NCBI GenBank assembly: GCA_002269645.1
Contig: NIVC01004080.1
Span: 1-61,530 of the forward strand
DNA from: Macrostomum lignano
Lineage: Eukaryota
Direction: 5' to 3'
Length of the DNA: 61,530 bases
The notes beneath the pieces were generated by a model. It saw nothing but the letters and a program-made list of their open reading frames with translations, was not told the DNA's origin and did no database searches. Positions 35,713 through 61,530 of the stretch are shown piece by piece. Made by a program: the position numbers and the translations under genes. The first letter of the stretch is position 1; every line of letters starts with the position of its first letter.

Positions 35713-38700
35713 CGAGCTCAGAGATCGGCTCAGTGACTTGGAGCACTGATTCCCTGATTGGGACACTGATTCCCTGATTGGGTCACTGATTCCCTGATTG
35801 GGACACTGATTCCCTGATTGGGTCACTGATTCCCTGATTGGGTCACTGATTCCCTGATTGGGACACTGATTCCCTGATTGGGGCACTGATTCCCTGATTG
35901 GGGCACTGATTCCCTGATTGGGGCACTGATTCCCTTATTGGGGCACTGATTCCCTGATTGGGCACTGATTCCCTGATTGGGGCACTGATTCCCTGATTGG
36001 GACACTGATTCCCTGATTGGGACACTGATTCCCTGATTGGGGCACTGATTCCCTTATTGGGGCACTGATTCCCTGATTGGGCACTGATTCCCTGATTGGG
36101 GCACTGATTCCCTGATTGGGTCACTGATTCCCTGATTGGGGCACTGATTCTCTGATTGGGGCACTGATTCCCTGATTGGGACACTGATTCCCTGATTGGG
36201 GCACTGATTCCCTGATTGGGACACTGATTCCCTTATTGGGGCACTGATTCCCTGATTGGGGCACTGATTCCCTTATTGGGGCACTGATTCCCTTATTGGG
36301 GCACTGATTCCCTGATTGGGACACTGATTCCTTTATTGGGGCACTGATTCCCTTATTGGGGCACTGATTCCCTGATTGGGGCACTGATTCCCTGATTGGG
36401 GCACTGATTCCCTGATTGGGGCACTGAGCTCAGAGACCGGCTCAGTGACTTGGGGCACTGATTCCCTGATTGGGACACTGATTCTCTGATTGGGACACTG
36501 ATTCCCTGATTGGGGCACTGATTCCCTGATTGGGGCACTGATTCCCTGATTGGGACACTGATTCCCTGATTGGGGCACTGATTCCCTGATTGGGACACTG
36601 ATTCCCTGATTGGGACACTGATTCCCTGATTGGGACACTGATTCTCTGATTGGGACACTGATTCCCTGATTGGGACACTGATTCCCTGATTGGGACACTG
36701 ATTCCCTGATTGGGGCACTGATTCCCTGATTGGGACACTGATTCCCTGATTGGGACACTGATTCCCCGATTGGGGCACTGATTCCCTGATTGGGGCACTG
36801 ATTCTCTGATTGGGACACTGATTCCCTGATTGGGTCACTGATTCCCTGATTGGGGCACTGATTCCCTGATTGGGGCACTGATTCCCTGATTGGGACACTG
36901 ATTCCCTGATTGGGACACTGATTCCCTGATTGGGACACTGATTCCCTGATTGGGACACTGATTCCCTGATTGGGACACTGATTCCCTGATTGGGACACTG
37001 ATTCCCTGATTGGGACACTGATTCCCTGATTGGGACACTGATTCCCTGATTGGGACACTGATTCTCTGATTGGGACACTGATTCCCTGATTGGGGCACTG
37101 ATTCCCTGATTGGGGCACTGATTCCCTGATTGGGGCACTGATTCCCTGATTGGGACACTGATTCCCTGATTGGGGCACTGATTCCCTGATTGGGACACTG
37201 ATTCCCTGATTGGGACACTGACACTGTTCATCGTCCTTAAGAAGGTCAGCCCTGTGAACTACCGGCTGCAGGCTGTGAACGGCAGGCGCCGCTTGCTGGT
37301 CCACCACGACCGCTTGAAGCGCTTTATCGACCGACCGAATCTGAGCGGCAGGCCACCAGCCAAGCCGGCCACCGAGGACGACTGTCAGAGCGTCGAGGAC
37401 GCCGCGGGCCAGCTGGCCGGCCCGGACGCCTGGGAGCCGCTGCGCAACCTGGACGCGGCTGAACCCGGCAACACGGTGCGCCGGTCGGGCAGGCAGCGCC
37501 GGCGGCCGGATTTTTACACGGCGACCTGTTGACGTGCTTTCTTTTTGATCGGGACTTTTTTCGCGTTGCATGAACTTTTTTTGTTTGCTTTTGTTTTATC
37601 CCGTTTTTTTATCCCATGTATTTTTCTTGGGGGAGAGTGATGTAGGGTTGCGTTTGGTTTGGGCCGTCGGGGTGGGGGCTGCTCTATTAGTATATTTACT
37701 TGCATCTCGCTTTCTTCTCTGTACATGCCCACCACCCCAGTTGGGTGAGTCACTTTATTCGATCTATCATCGCTGACTATTTAATCGCTCGTAAATTATC
37801 GTGCATCAAAATATACTTCGTAAACTTACTCTAAATTCTCGGCTCTTACACCCTGATTGGGGCACTGATTCCCTGATTGGGACACTGATTCCCTGATTGG
37901 GGCACTGATTCCCTGATGGGGCACTGATTCCCTGATTGGGACACTGATTCCCTGATTGGGGCACTGATTCCCTGATTGGGACACTGATTCCCTGATTGGG
38001 GCACTGATTCCCTGATTGGGGCACTGATTCCCTGATTGGGGCACTGATTCCCTGATTGGGGCACTGATTCCCTGATTGGGGCACTGATTCCCTGATTGGG
38101 GCACTGAGCTCAGCTCAACGCCGCCGAGTCCAGAAGGCCAGACCAAACGGGACAGGTGAACCGCAAGTGCCACGCCCAAAGGGGAGGCAATGCAGACAGG
38201 CAAGCTAAGAAACTCAAACCGAAGTTGGCCCGCACTGAGCCCTGAGCGAGGCCGCTCTGCTGATAGCTCGGAGTCACCTAGGGCAAAGCTCAAGCATCAG
38301 CTGACTTCAACGTCGTTAAAGGGTCGAAAACGGCAACAAAGACTTGAACTGGTGCGCTGCGGGAGCAACTGTTTGCTATTTAGCTCTTGTGCTTGAGTCA
38401 GTGATTAGATAATCATATCTGCACTCTGCCACTGGGGAAAGGTTTAATAATTGCGACATTGTGCTGCTCGTTTATCTTGCTGTTATCTTTATGATCTGCA
38501 TGAGACCATGATTCAGCATTACGTGTACAAAGAGTTGAGACAGTTGAGAGAGAGGAGCTCGTAGTTGAGTCTGGAGAAAAGTTTACTCGGACGTACCTCT
38601 TACTCATGCTTGTACTTATTTGACTTAGGGCACTGATTCCCTGATTAGGGCACTGAGCTCAGAGACCGGCTCAGTGACTTGGGGCACTGATTCCCTGATT

Positions 38701-38990
38701 AGGGCACTGAGCTCAGAGACCGGCTCAGTGACTTGGGGCACTGATTCCCTGATTGGGGCACTGAGCTCAGAGACTGGCTCAGTGAATTGGGGGACTGATT
38801 CCCTGATTTGGGACACTGATTCCCTGATTGGGCACTGAGCTCAGAGACCGGCTCAGTGACTTGGGACACTGATTCCCTGATTGGGGCACTGAGCTCCGAG
38901 ACCGGCTCAGTGACTTGGGGCACTGATTCTCTGATTGGGGCACTGAGCTCAGAGACCGGCTCAGTGACTTGGAGCACTGATTCCCTCCCT
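35713..38990. repeat. 20-bp satellite with interruptions (blocks ~35741-37220, 37851-38107, 38626-38990)
   Basis: Unit cactgattccctgattgggg. A 54-bp compound unit containing gagctcagagaccggctcagtgactt dominates the last block. Confidence 0.95.
37221..37850 (+). mobile_element. 3' end of a Gypsy/Ty3-type LTR retrotransposon: integrase C-terminal tail, PPT and 210-bp LTR
   Basis: The frame ending at 37532 reads FIVLKKVSPVNYRLQAVNGRRRLLVHHDRLKRF...TVRRSGRQRRRPDFY, typical of the Gypsy integrase C-terminal module. Purine tract gggggagagtga (37629-37640) directly precedes TGTA..TACA (37641..37850). Confidence 0.82.
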
Positions 38991-39007
38991 GACAATGATC
39001 CCTGACA

Positions 39008-39258
39008 GTGATCCCTAGCTGACTCAGACAATGATTGAGTGATCCCTAGCTGACTCAGACAATGATTGAGTGATCCCTAGCTGACTCAGACAATGATTGA
39101 GTGATCCCTAGCTGACTCAGACAATGATTCAGTGGTCCCTAGCTGACTCAGACAATGATTCAGTGGTCCCTAGCTGACTCAGACAATGATTCAGTGGTCC
39201 CTAGCTGACTCAGACAATGATTCAGTGGTCCCTAGCTGACTCAGACAATGATTGAGTG
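39008..39258. repeat. 31-bp tandem repeat, about 8 copies, each with TGACTCA
   Basis: Unit gtgatccctagctgactcagacaatgattga. Confidence 0.94.
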
Positions 39259-40209
39259 GTTCACTCTGAGCTAGTGCATTTAGATATGTAGGAACGAATG
39301 CACGCATTGTTAAAGGTATCAAGCAGATTTCTATTTGGTGGTCAACTGCAGTCAGTCATGTTTATGATTGAAAGAATTTATTTGTGAATCCGAAACTCCG
39401 CATGCAGGTCATTGTCTCACTGGAGCAAGTCCTCATTAATTATTAATTACTAGTACATAGCAAAGCTACACGTGCATACTGACCAGAGAAACAGCCATAA
39501 ACAATTTGGATGCACAGGCAGCATCGGATAGTCCCCCGGCTGTCCTGGCCGCAGTCTCATTGCTCAGCAGGGACTTGAGTTCCCCGCCCTCCCCTTCTCT
39601 CTTCCCCCGCCCAGATCCCCATTAACGGGAATGGCCTGACTTTCGATGAGTTTGGTTTTGCCTCATCTTACCATATCGGGCCCCGGCTTTGATCTCGCAG
39701 CAGCCAGTGCTCACCTGTAGCGAACCGGCGTCACAAAAAGTACATGTGAAGGTTAGGGGGAGGCTGGGTAGCCATCATAACCGGTGGGAGCGGCTTTGAT
39801 CCCGCTAATTGCAGGTACTGCGGTGTATGTACTGCACCGCCTCAGACACGCGGCGAGACGGAACCCCATTTTTAATACCTTTGAGACGGAGACTCTGAGC
39901 AGCCGAGCTGCCCTAATTAATTGATAACGAGGGGCAGCCGCTGCGGCCTCGGGAGGAGCCGGCGGTCCGCGTTTTCCGCTCATAAATAATTCACCGCCAC
40001 TCGAGGGCTCACAAATCTGGGGGAGCTTGAATAATGGCCCCGGCAACTGCGGGGGGGAGCAGCCTCGGCTCCTCCCCTTCTTTCCCCAGCGAGTCGCTTT
40101 AATCCGCGATTGAGGGGAAAATTTCCAGTCCGTGTTAAAGTGCTTTCCGGCAGAATGATAATGCCTAATGAAACTGCATGCTAGGTTTAGGAGCTTTCCT
40201 ATGGTTACA

Positions 40210-41100
40210 GGCCAGACTAGCAATCCATTCTACACATGCATTCAAGCAGATTAGATCAGCAATCCATTCTACTCCTGCATCCCCGGTGACTTGCTATAGA
40301 TTAGCAATCCATTCTATTCCTGCATTTGTGATAGGCTATATTAGCAATCCATTCTATTCCTGCATTTGTAATAGGCTAGATTAGCAATCCATTCTATTCC
40401 TGCACACATGATAGGCTAGATTAGCAATCCATTCTATTCCTGCATTTGTGATAGGCTAGATTAGCAATCCATTCTATTCCTGCACACATGATAGGCTAGA
40501 TTAGCAATCCATTCTATTCCTGCATTTGTGATAGGCTAGATTAGCGATCCATTCTATTCCTGCATTTGTGATAGGCTAGATTAGCAATCCATTCTGATCC
40601 TGCACACATGATAGGCTAGATTAGCAATCCATTCTGATCCTGCACACATGATAGGCTAGATTAGCAATCCATTCTGATCCTGCACACATGATAGGCTAGA
40701 TTAGCAATCCATTCTGATCCTGCACACATGATAGGCTAGATTAGCAATCCATTCTGATCCTGCACACATGATAGGCTAGATTAGCAATCTATTCTATTCC
40801 TGCACATGACAGGCTAGATTAACAATCCATTCTATTCCTGCATCCATGATAGGCTAGATTAGCAATCCATTCTATTCCTGCACCCATGATAGGCTAGATT
40901 AGCAATCCATTCTATTCCTGCACACATGATAGGCTAGATTTGCAATCCATTCTATTCCTGCACACATGATAGGCTAGATTAGCAATCCACTCTATTCCTG
41001 CATCCATGATAGGCTAGATTAGGAATCCATTCTATTCCTGCATCCATGATAGGCTAGATTAGCAATCCATTCTATTCTTGCATCTGTGATACGATAGATA
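40210..41100 (+). repeat. 40-bp minisatellite, about 22 copies with degenerate ends
   Basis: Unit gataggctagattagcaatccattctattcctgcacacat. Confidence 0.96.
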
Positions 41101-41934
41101 AGCAATCCTGTAATCGCAATGTAAAGTGTCCTGACACATGAATGGCAAAGCTGACACAGCCTTGCCCGCAATAAATGCAGTTCGACCCGCTGCCGGGATG
41201 CAGCACCTGCCTCTGTGTTTGCAAACTCACTGCTGCATCTCCGTTCCCCAACCCCCTGGATCATCCCAGTCGGCCCTGTCCCCTGTCCCCAGTGCGCATC
41301 CCCAGTCTGGGTCTGCCCATCCCAGCCAGCCGGCCAGGGCCAATGGGATTCGGGCAGCAGCAGCTGCACCCGCCAGCTCCCGGCTCAGCAGTCTAAATAC
41401 CCTCCCAGCCTCCCAGCTCCGGCATCTTCCCGGTCTCAACGTCAACAGCCGCTTCTGTCCTACCAAATTTCCCAATTTCCCAAACATCGCGCCGAGTGTC
41501 CGCCAGGTGAAATCCGCGACTCAACCCGGCTTGCGACAGTCTTCAGCCAGTTCTGTGAGCATTTCCTGCTGGCTTCATGTCTTTGCTGCTGTTACTGTTG
41601 CTGCTGTTAGGAGCAGCTGGGATCCCCCGTTGATGCTGGACTGAGTGGAGCTGCCAAAAAATTGCCTTCCTCACAGCTCATCCCCCTCTGAGCTGCTCCT
41701 CTATCCTCTCCCTTCTCTCCCCTCCCCCTGTTGGCTGGGGGCATTTCTGCTTCTGGAAGCCTGGAAGCCGGCTTCAGGCCTGCTGGGGGATAATTGCTCC
41801 CTAAAAATCCTCAATTGGGAGCCGCCGCAGCCACCGGGAGTTGCCCCGCCAGGCGTGCACTTTAAGCCACGGCTCACCTACGAGCAGTTTGAAATCCCCA
41901 CCGGCCGCCGAGCTGGCGAAGCCTCTTATTGTCT

Positions 41935-42190
41935 TTCTGCCTGCTGCTTCTGCTTTCTGCTTCTGCTTGCTGCTTCTGTCTGCTGCTTCTGCTTGCTGCT
42001 TCTGTCTGCTGCTTCTGCTTGCTGCTTCTGTCTGCTGCTTCTGCTTGCTGCTTCTGTCTGCTGCTTCTGCTTGCTGCTTCTGTCTGCTGCTTCTGCTTGC
42101 TGCTTCTGTCTGCTGCTTCTGCTTGCTGCTTCTGTCTGCTGCTTCTGCTTGCTGCTTCTGTCTGCTGCTTCTGCTTTCTGCTTCTGTCTG
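41935..42190. repeat. 26-bp CTG-rich minisatellite
   Basis: Unit ctgctgcttctgcttgctgcttctgt. Confidence 0.93.
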
Positions 42191-43080
42191 CTGCTTTCTC
42201 CGCTTTCTGTAGCTCTCTGGGCTGCGCTGGGGCTCCCCGCATCGGCACCTGAGGGGGGCTGGGCTGAGAAGATCCCCAGCAGCCCCGATCCCTGCCCCCC
42301 TTACTGAGATCCCACTGGGAACAGCGGAGTCTCTTAGCCTCCCTATCCTCTTCATCTTATCCTCCCGAGGGATAAATCGGATTATGGAGGACTTCGTGGT
42401 CCGTCTTTTATCACCTTTCCTCTCCCGCATCCCCCTGCCTGGCCTGACCGCAGGCCGAGTTCGAGCTGCTCGGGCAGAATCTTCAAGCCCGATGAAGGAG
42501 GAGTCTGGGAGCTTTGCAGCTTCCTCTGTTCAGCAGAGAAGCGGGATTCTGAAGAGCGCGGGAGAGCGGGGAGAGCGGGGTGGCCCGAGAGGTGTGGAAG
42601 CGACGCGATCCCGGAGTCCAAGTGGGCTGCCTGACTTCTCCCAGACCCAATCGAGCTGCGGCCCCAGCTGCGAGCTTGCAAATCGCTTGCAGAATGATTA
42701 AAATTGCAGAGACTGGCACTGAGCGCTTCCTCTACTTCCCTCATCCCTCTCCACCCCCAGCTCCTCCATCGCTCACTCTTGCAAAAGGACTCTCTGTTTA
42801 TAAAAACAGAGCCTGAATGCTGCGAGCCGGGAGGCTGTTGCTAAATGAGGCTCAGGGACAGGCGGGGAGGCAGCTTCCATTGATTCCCAGGTGGAGCTGG
42901 GGGGGGGGCTGCTTTCAAGCAAAGCAGTTGGAACAGAAGAAGTTTGAGATGCTGGCCTCCATAGCCGCGGGGCACGCCGTCCCCAAACAGCCGGGAGGCA
43001 TCTGCGGCGGCTTGAAAATCAATAGAATTTTTTTGCAAATTTTTCTACCCTTTATGCAGCGACGATGGGTATTGTTTCCT

Positions 43081-43430
43081 ATCTCACAGCCTCATCTAGA
43101 CTATCTCATCGGTATCTCACAGCCTCATCTAGACTATCTCATCGGTATCTCACAGCCTCATCTAGACTAGCTCATCGGTATCTCACAGCCTCATCTAGAC
43201 TATCTCATCGGTATCTCACAGTCTCACCTGGAGTATCTCTGTCTAGCCTACAGTATTTCAGAAGTTATCCCAGTCTAATCTAGAGTATCTCACCGGTTAT
43301 CTCAGTCTAGCCTACAGTATCTCAGAAGTTATCTCAGTCTAATCTAGAGTATCTCACCGCTTATCTCAGTCTAGCCTACAGTATCTAAGAAGTTATCTCA
43401 GTCTAATCTAGAGTATCTCCCTGGTATCTC
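43081..43430. repeat. 33-bp repeat (about 4 copies) followed by a related ~64-bp repeat (about 3 copies)
   Basis: tatctcacagcctcatctagactatctcatcgg, then tatctcagtctagcctacag...tctaatctagag units. Confidence 0.88.
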
Positions 43431-43924
43431 ACAGGATCACCCAGAGTATCTCCTACTTTGCCATGCATATGTTGCAACAAGTCTGCTTGCAGTCGTGTCT
43501 GATGTTTCCAATTAGCAAAAGTATCCAGCTGCTGACTCAGTGAAATCTGGCACATCCTGCTTTCAGCTATCAATATCCCCCCCCCCGCATCTTCGATACT
43601 ACTGCCTCATCCTGAGCACCCCCGTGCTCTCCAATCTCGCTAATGAGTTTGTCTCACCTGCCACGTGTGAAATGAGAGAAATTGACTTTTCCAAGAATCG
43701 CTACTGCTGCGGGGCCGGGGAATGAGTGGGGAGCAGAGGGGTAGGGAGGCGGGGGTCCTTTGCCGGGGTTTGTTTGCTTTGTGTGCAAATTAATTTTAGC
43801 AGCGGGAAAGTCAAATTAGAGCGAATGTTGAGACAGGTTGGCGAGCCGAACCGGCGCCAGCTCGGAGCCGCTTATCGCCCTTGGATTGTGGCGATTTTTA
43901 CTGATGAAGTGCTCAGAATGCTGA

Positions 43925-45135
43925 GATTTTGATAGGGAATGGGGTGAGATTTTGGTAAGAAATGGGGTGAGATTTTGATAGGAAATGGGGTGAGATTTTG
44001 ATAGGAGATGGGGTGAGATTTTGATAGGAGATGGGGTGAGATTTTGATAGGAAAAGGGGTGAGATTTTGATAGGAAATGGGGTTAGATTTTGATAGGAGA
44101 TGGGGTGAGATTTTATAGGAGATGGGGTGAGATTTTTAGAGCAGATGGGGTGAGATTTGATAGGAGATGGGGTGAAATATTGATAGGAGATGGGGTTAGA
44201 TTTTGATAGGAGATAAGGTAAGATTTTTAGAGCAGATGGGGTGAGATTTTGATAGGAAATGGGGTGAGATTTTGATAGGAAATGGGGTGAGATTTTGATA
44301 GGAGATGGGGTAAGATTTTGATAGAAGTCAGTGTGAGATTTGATAAGATATGGGGTAAGATGTTGAAAGGAGATAGGGTGAAATTTTTAGAGCAGATGGG
44401 GTGAGATTTGATAGGAGATGGGGTGAAATTTGATAGGAGATGGGGTGAGATTTGATAGGAGATGGGGTGAGATTTTGATAGGAGATGGGGTGAGATTTTG
44501 ATAGGAGATGGGGTGAGATTTTGATAGGAAATGGGGTGAGATTTTGATAGGAAATGGGGTGAGATTTTGATAGGAGATGGGGTTAGATTTTGATAGGAGA
44601 TGGGGTAAGATTTTGATAGAAGTCAGTGTGAGATTTGATAAGATATGGGGTAAGATGTTGAAAGGAGATAGGGTGAAATTTTTAGAGCAGATGGGGTGAG
44701 ATTTGATAGGAGATGGGGTGAAATTTGATAGGAGATGGGGTGAGATTTGATAGGAGATGGGGTGAGATTTTGATAGGAGATGGGGTGAGATTTTGATAGG
44801 AGATGGGGTGAGATTTTGATAGGAAATGGGGTGAGATTTTGATAGGAAATGGGGTGAGATTTTGATAGGAGATGGGGTTAGATTTTGATAGGAGATGGGG
44901 TAAGATTTTGATAGAAGTCAGTGTGAGATTTGATAAGATATGGGGTAAGATGTTGAAAGGAGATAGGGTGAAATTTTTAGAGCAGATGGGGTGAGATTTG
45001 ATAGGAGATGGGGTGAAATTTGATAGGAGATGGGGTGAGATTTCGATAGGAGATGGGGTAAGATTTGATAGGAGATGGAGTGAGATTTCGATAGGAGATG
45101 ACTGAGATTTTGATAGGAGATGGGGTGGGATTTTG
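43925..45135. repeat. 22-23-bp G-rich minisatellite
   Basis: Unit gattttgataggagatggggtga. Confidence 0.96.
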
Positions 45136-46197
45136 AAATAATATAACCAATGAGAAAAAAAGATTTTGAATAAAGATGGGGGAGATTCGTGAGGTGTTTG
45201 CCGATCGCAGTGAGCATGCTGTCACTAAAAGCAGCTTGGCAGAGCCTGGCTCTCATAACTGGAAATCCAGGAGGTCGATGCTCACAGCGGTGATAAAAAA
45301 CCCCTGCACTCCCCGAGCTCCGAGGCAGCTGGACCACCAGAGCACAGCGGGTCTGGGCAGGAGAGAGAATTAAACTGCTCGGGAGACGGCCGACTCACAG
45401 GCCATCGCTTTATTGTGATGAGGCTGCATGGCCCTGGTGGGACCTGATCCCGCTGACCCCAGCCTCCTGCTGTCCCGTCTCTCTATCCTGTGCTCAAGTA
45501 CCTCCGGCAATTAGCTGGCAAAATACGGGAAGCCTCCGATTAATGAACGGGCAGGTCCGGTGGTGGGGCAGAGAGGCACTGATGAAGCTGGCACGGCCTC
45601 CCAGCCTCCCACGCGCGGCTCAACCACTGGGCCAGGTGAGAGGGGAGAATGCAGTATTGAAGGGATGGCGCGGATGATGAATTGCCTCTCCCCCTGACAA
45701 CAAGCAGACAGCTGCAGCTCGAGCAGAGCCGGTCGCCAGCAAGAGTGCATCTGGGTGGGGCCGCATCAATCTGCGCTAATCCCCCCAGGCTAATTAAATA
45801 ATAATCCGTCACTGCGGATGCCATGGGATCCGCGCCAACCCCGCTGCTCGGTCCGGCTGCCTCTCAATTATTGATGAAGCTGCCGTGCCGCAGCCTCCAG
45901 CGCATCCGCCAAACCCCCTCAGAGATGCCCTGTCCAGCCCTGGCACTTGTCACCTTGGAGCTGTCTGCCCCCCCCTCTGCCCCGGCCTGTCTTCACCTTC
46001 CGTGTTTGCCTGCCGAATCGATCGCTTTGCTGCCTCTGGAAATTCAGGCCAGAAATACTGCAATTTGGCTATTTGTGCGCCTTGACACTTCCTGTGCGGA
46101 CAGCCTGCGCCCGCGTGTGCCTGCGGTATTCACTTAAACTCTTGCCGATCTCCTGTCTGACACTCAGACTGGACTGAACTTCTCTGAGGTACAGTGG

Positions 46198-46756
46198 CTT
46201 GACTGACTGACTGACTGACTGACTGACTGACTGACTGACTGACTGACTGACTGACTGACTGACTGACTGACTGACTGACTGACTGACTGACTGACTGACT
46301 GACTGACTGACTGACTGACTGACTGACTGACTGACTGACTGACTGACTGACTGACTGACTGACTGACTGACTGACTGACTGACTGACTGACTGACTGACT
46401 GACTGACTGACTGACTGACTGACTGACTGACTGACTGACTGACTGACTGACTGACTGACTGACTGACTGACTGACTGACTGACTGACTGACTGACTGACT
46501 GACTGACTGACTGACTGACTGACTGACTGACTGACTGACTGACTGACTGACTGACTGACTGACTGACTGACTGACTGACTGACTGACTGACTGACTGACT
46601 GACTGACTGACTGACTGACTGACTGACTGACTGACTGACTGACTGACTGACTGACTGACTGACTGACTGACTGACTGACTGACTGACTGACTGACTGACT
46701 GACTGACTGACTGACTGACTGACTGACTGACTGACTGACTGACTGACTAACTGACT
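46198..46756. repeat. Near-perfect (GACT)n microsatellite
   Basis: Direct reading. Confidence 0.98.
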
Positions 46757-46811
46757 CCCCAATCCCACTGCAGCCAGGGCCACAGGCGATGCCAGTCACT
46801 GCAGGGGAGTC

Positions 46812-61065
<14,254 letters not shown>

Positions 61066-61530
61066 GTGAGCGGCCGGGTTGGCTCACCAGAACAGCTCCT
61101 GAATTTTGACCCAACCGCAGCCGAAGTGCAGAAAAGGCTTGAAAAGTTTTTCTTTAAAACTGCCGGACTGGCCCTGTCATTCAAACGGCCGAACACCGCA
61201 ATGGGAAGGCGGCGGTCCCGGGTCAGTTTGGTTCCCAGTTGGCCAGAATTCGCCCCGCTGCCCCCTGGTCGCGGTGCAGATGCGATGCGCCCTCGTTCTT
61301 CACTTGCGTCCGCTCCTAACCCTCTGTGCGGTTGGTCTTCTTTCATGTCCGCCGCCTGTGTTCATCTGTCAATGGGAGGCTGTTTACGGAGTGCCGCGGC
61401 TTCAGCGTTCTGGCTGACTGTTTCATCCGTTTCCCAGCTTCGTTGTTGCTGACTGGAATTTCAAGGTGCCGAGGGAGCAGAACTGTTGTCAGTGAAGTGC
61501 ACAGGCCGAAATTGGGTCTTTGAAATGCGA

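Noticed and set aside
34097-38990. Long PDPQLLG and QSGNQCP repeat ORFs on both strands
   Set aside because: Intronic and intergenic satellites. The RPA3 exon ends at the donor at 34061.
41019-42430. Several 120-220-aa ORFs on both strands
   Set aside because: Low-complexity, driven by GC-rich DNA and the 26-bp repeat, with no domain or consistent splice chain.

Overview
Eukaryotic (metazoan) genomic DNA with spliceosomal GT-AG introns. There is no rRNA, CRISPR or prokaryotic operon signal. The GC-rich exons and minisatellite-filled introns resemble a macrostomid flatworm such as Macrostomum, but this is inference only. The left ~15 kb holds intron-poor genes: a partial tetraspanin-like gene, a 3-exon ABCA transporter, a 2-exon secreted six-cysteine knottin-type peptide missed by the ORF track, an intronless orphan class A GPCR, an RTE-like LINE relic, and a 34-Cys metallothionein-like gene with TATA and MRE motifs. 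From 18 kb onward the genes are all on the + strand: RAD9, RIC8, an orphan Cys-rich single-pass membrane protein, RPA3 and a multi-exon F-BAR protein running off the right edge. Splice phases were checked by hand for each gene model. Most introns and spacers in that part are filled with distinct micro- or minisatellites. There are also two MITE-like elements and the 3' end of a Gypsy LTR retrotransposon embedded in a satellite. The main leads are the knottin peptide, the pentapeptide-repeat metallothionein, exons that appear to need a spliced-leader AUG for their start codon, and an inverted pair of 40-bp satellite arrays. Copy numbers are estimates from span divided by unit length.
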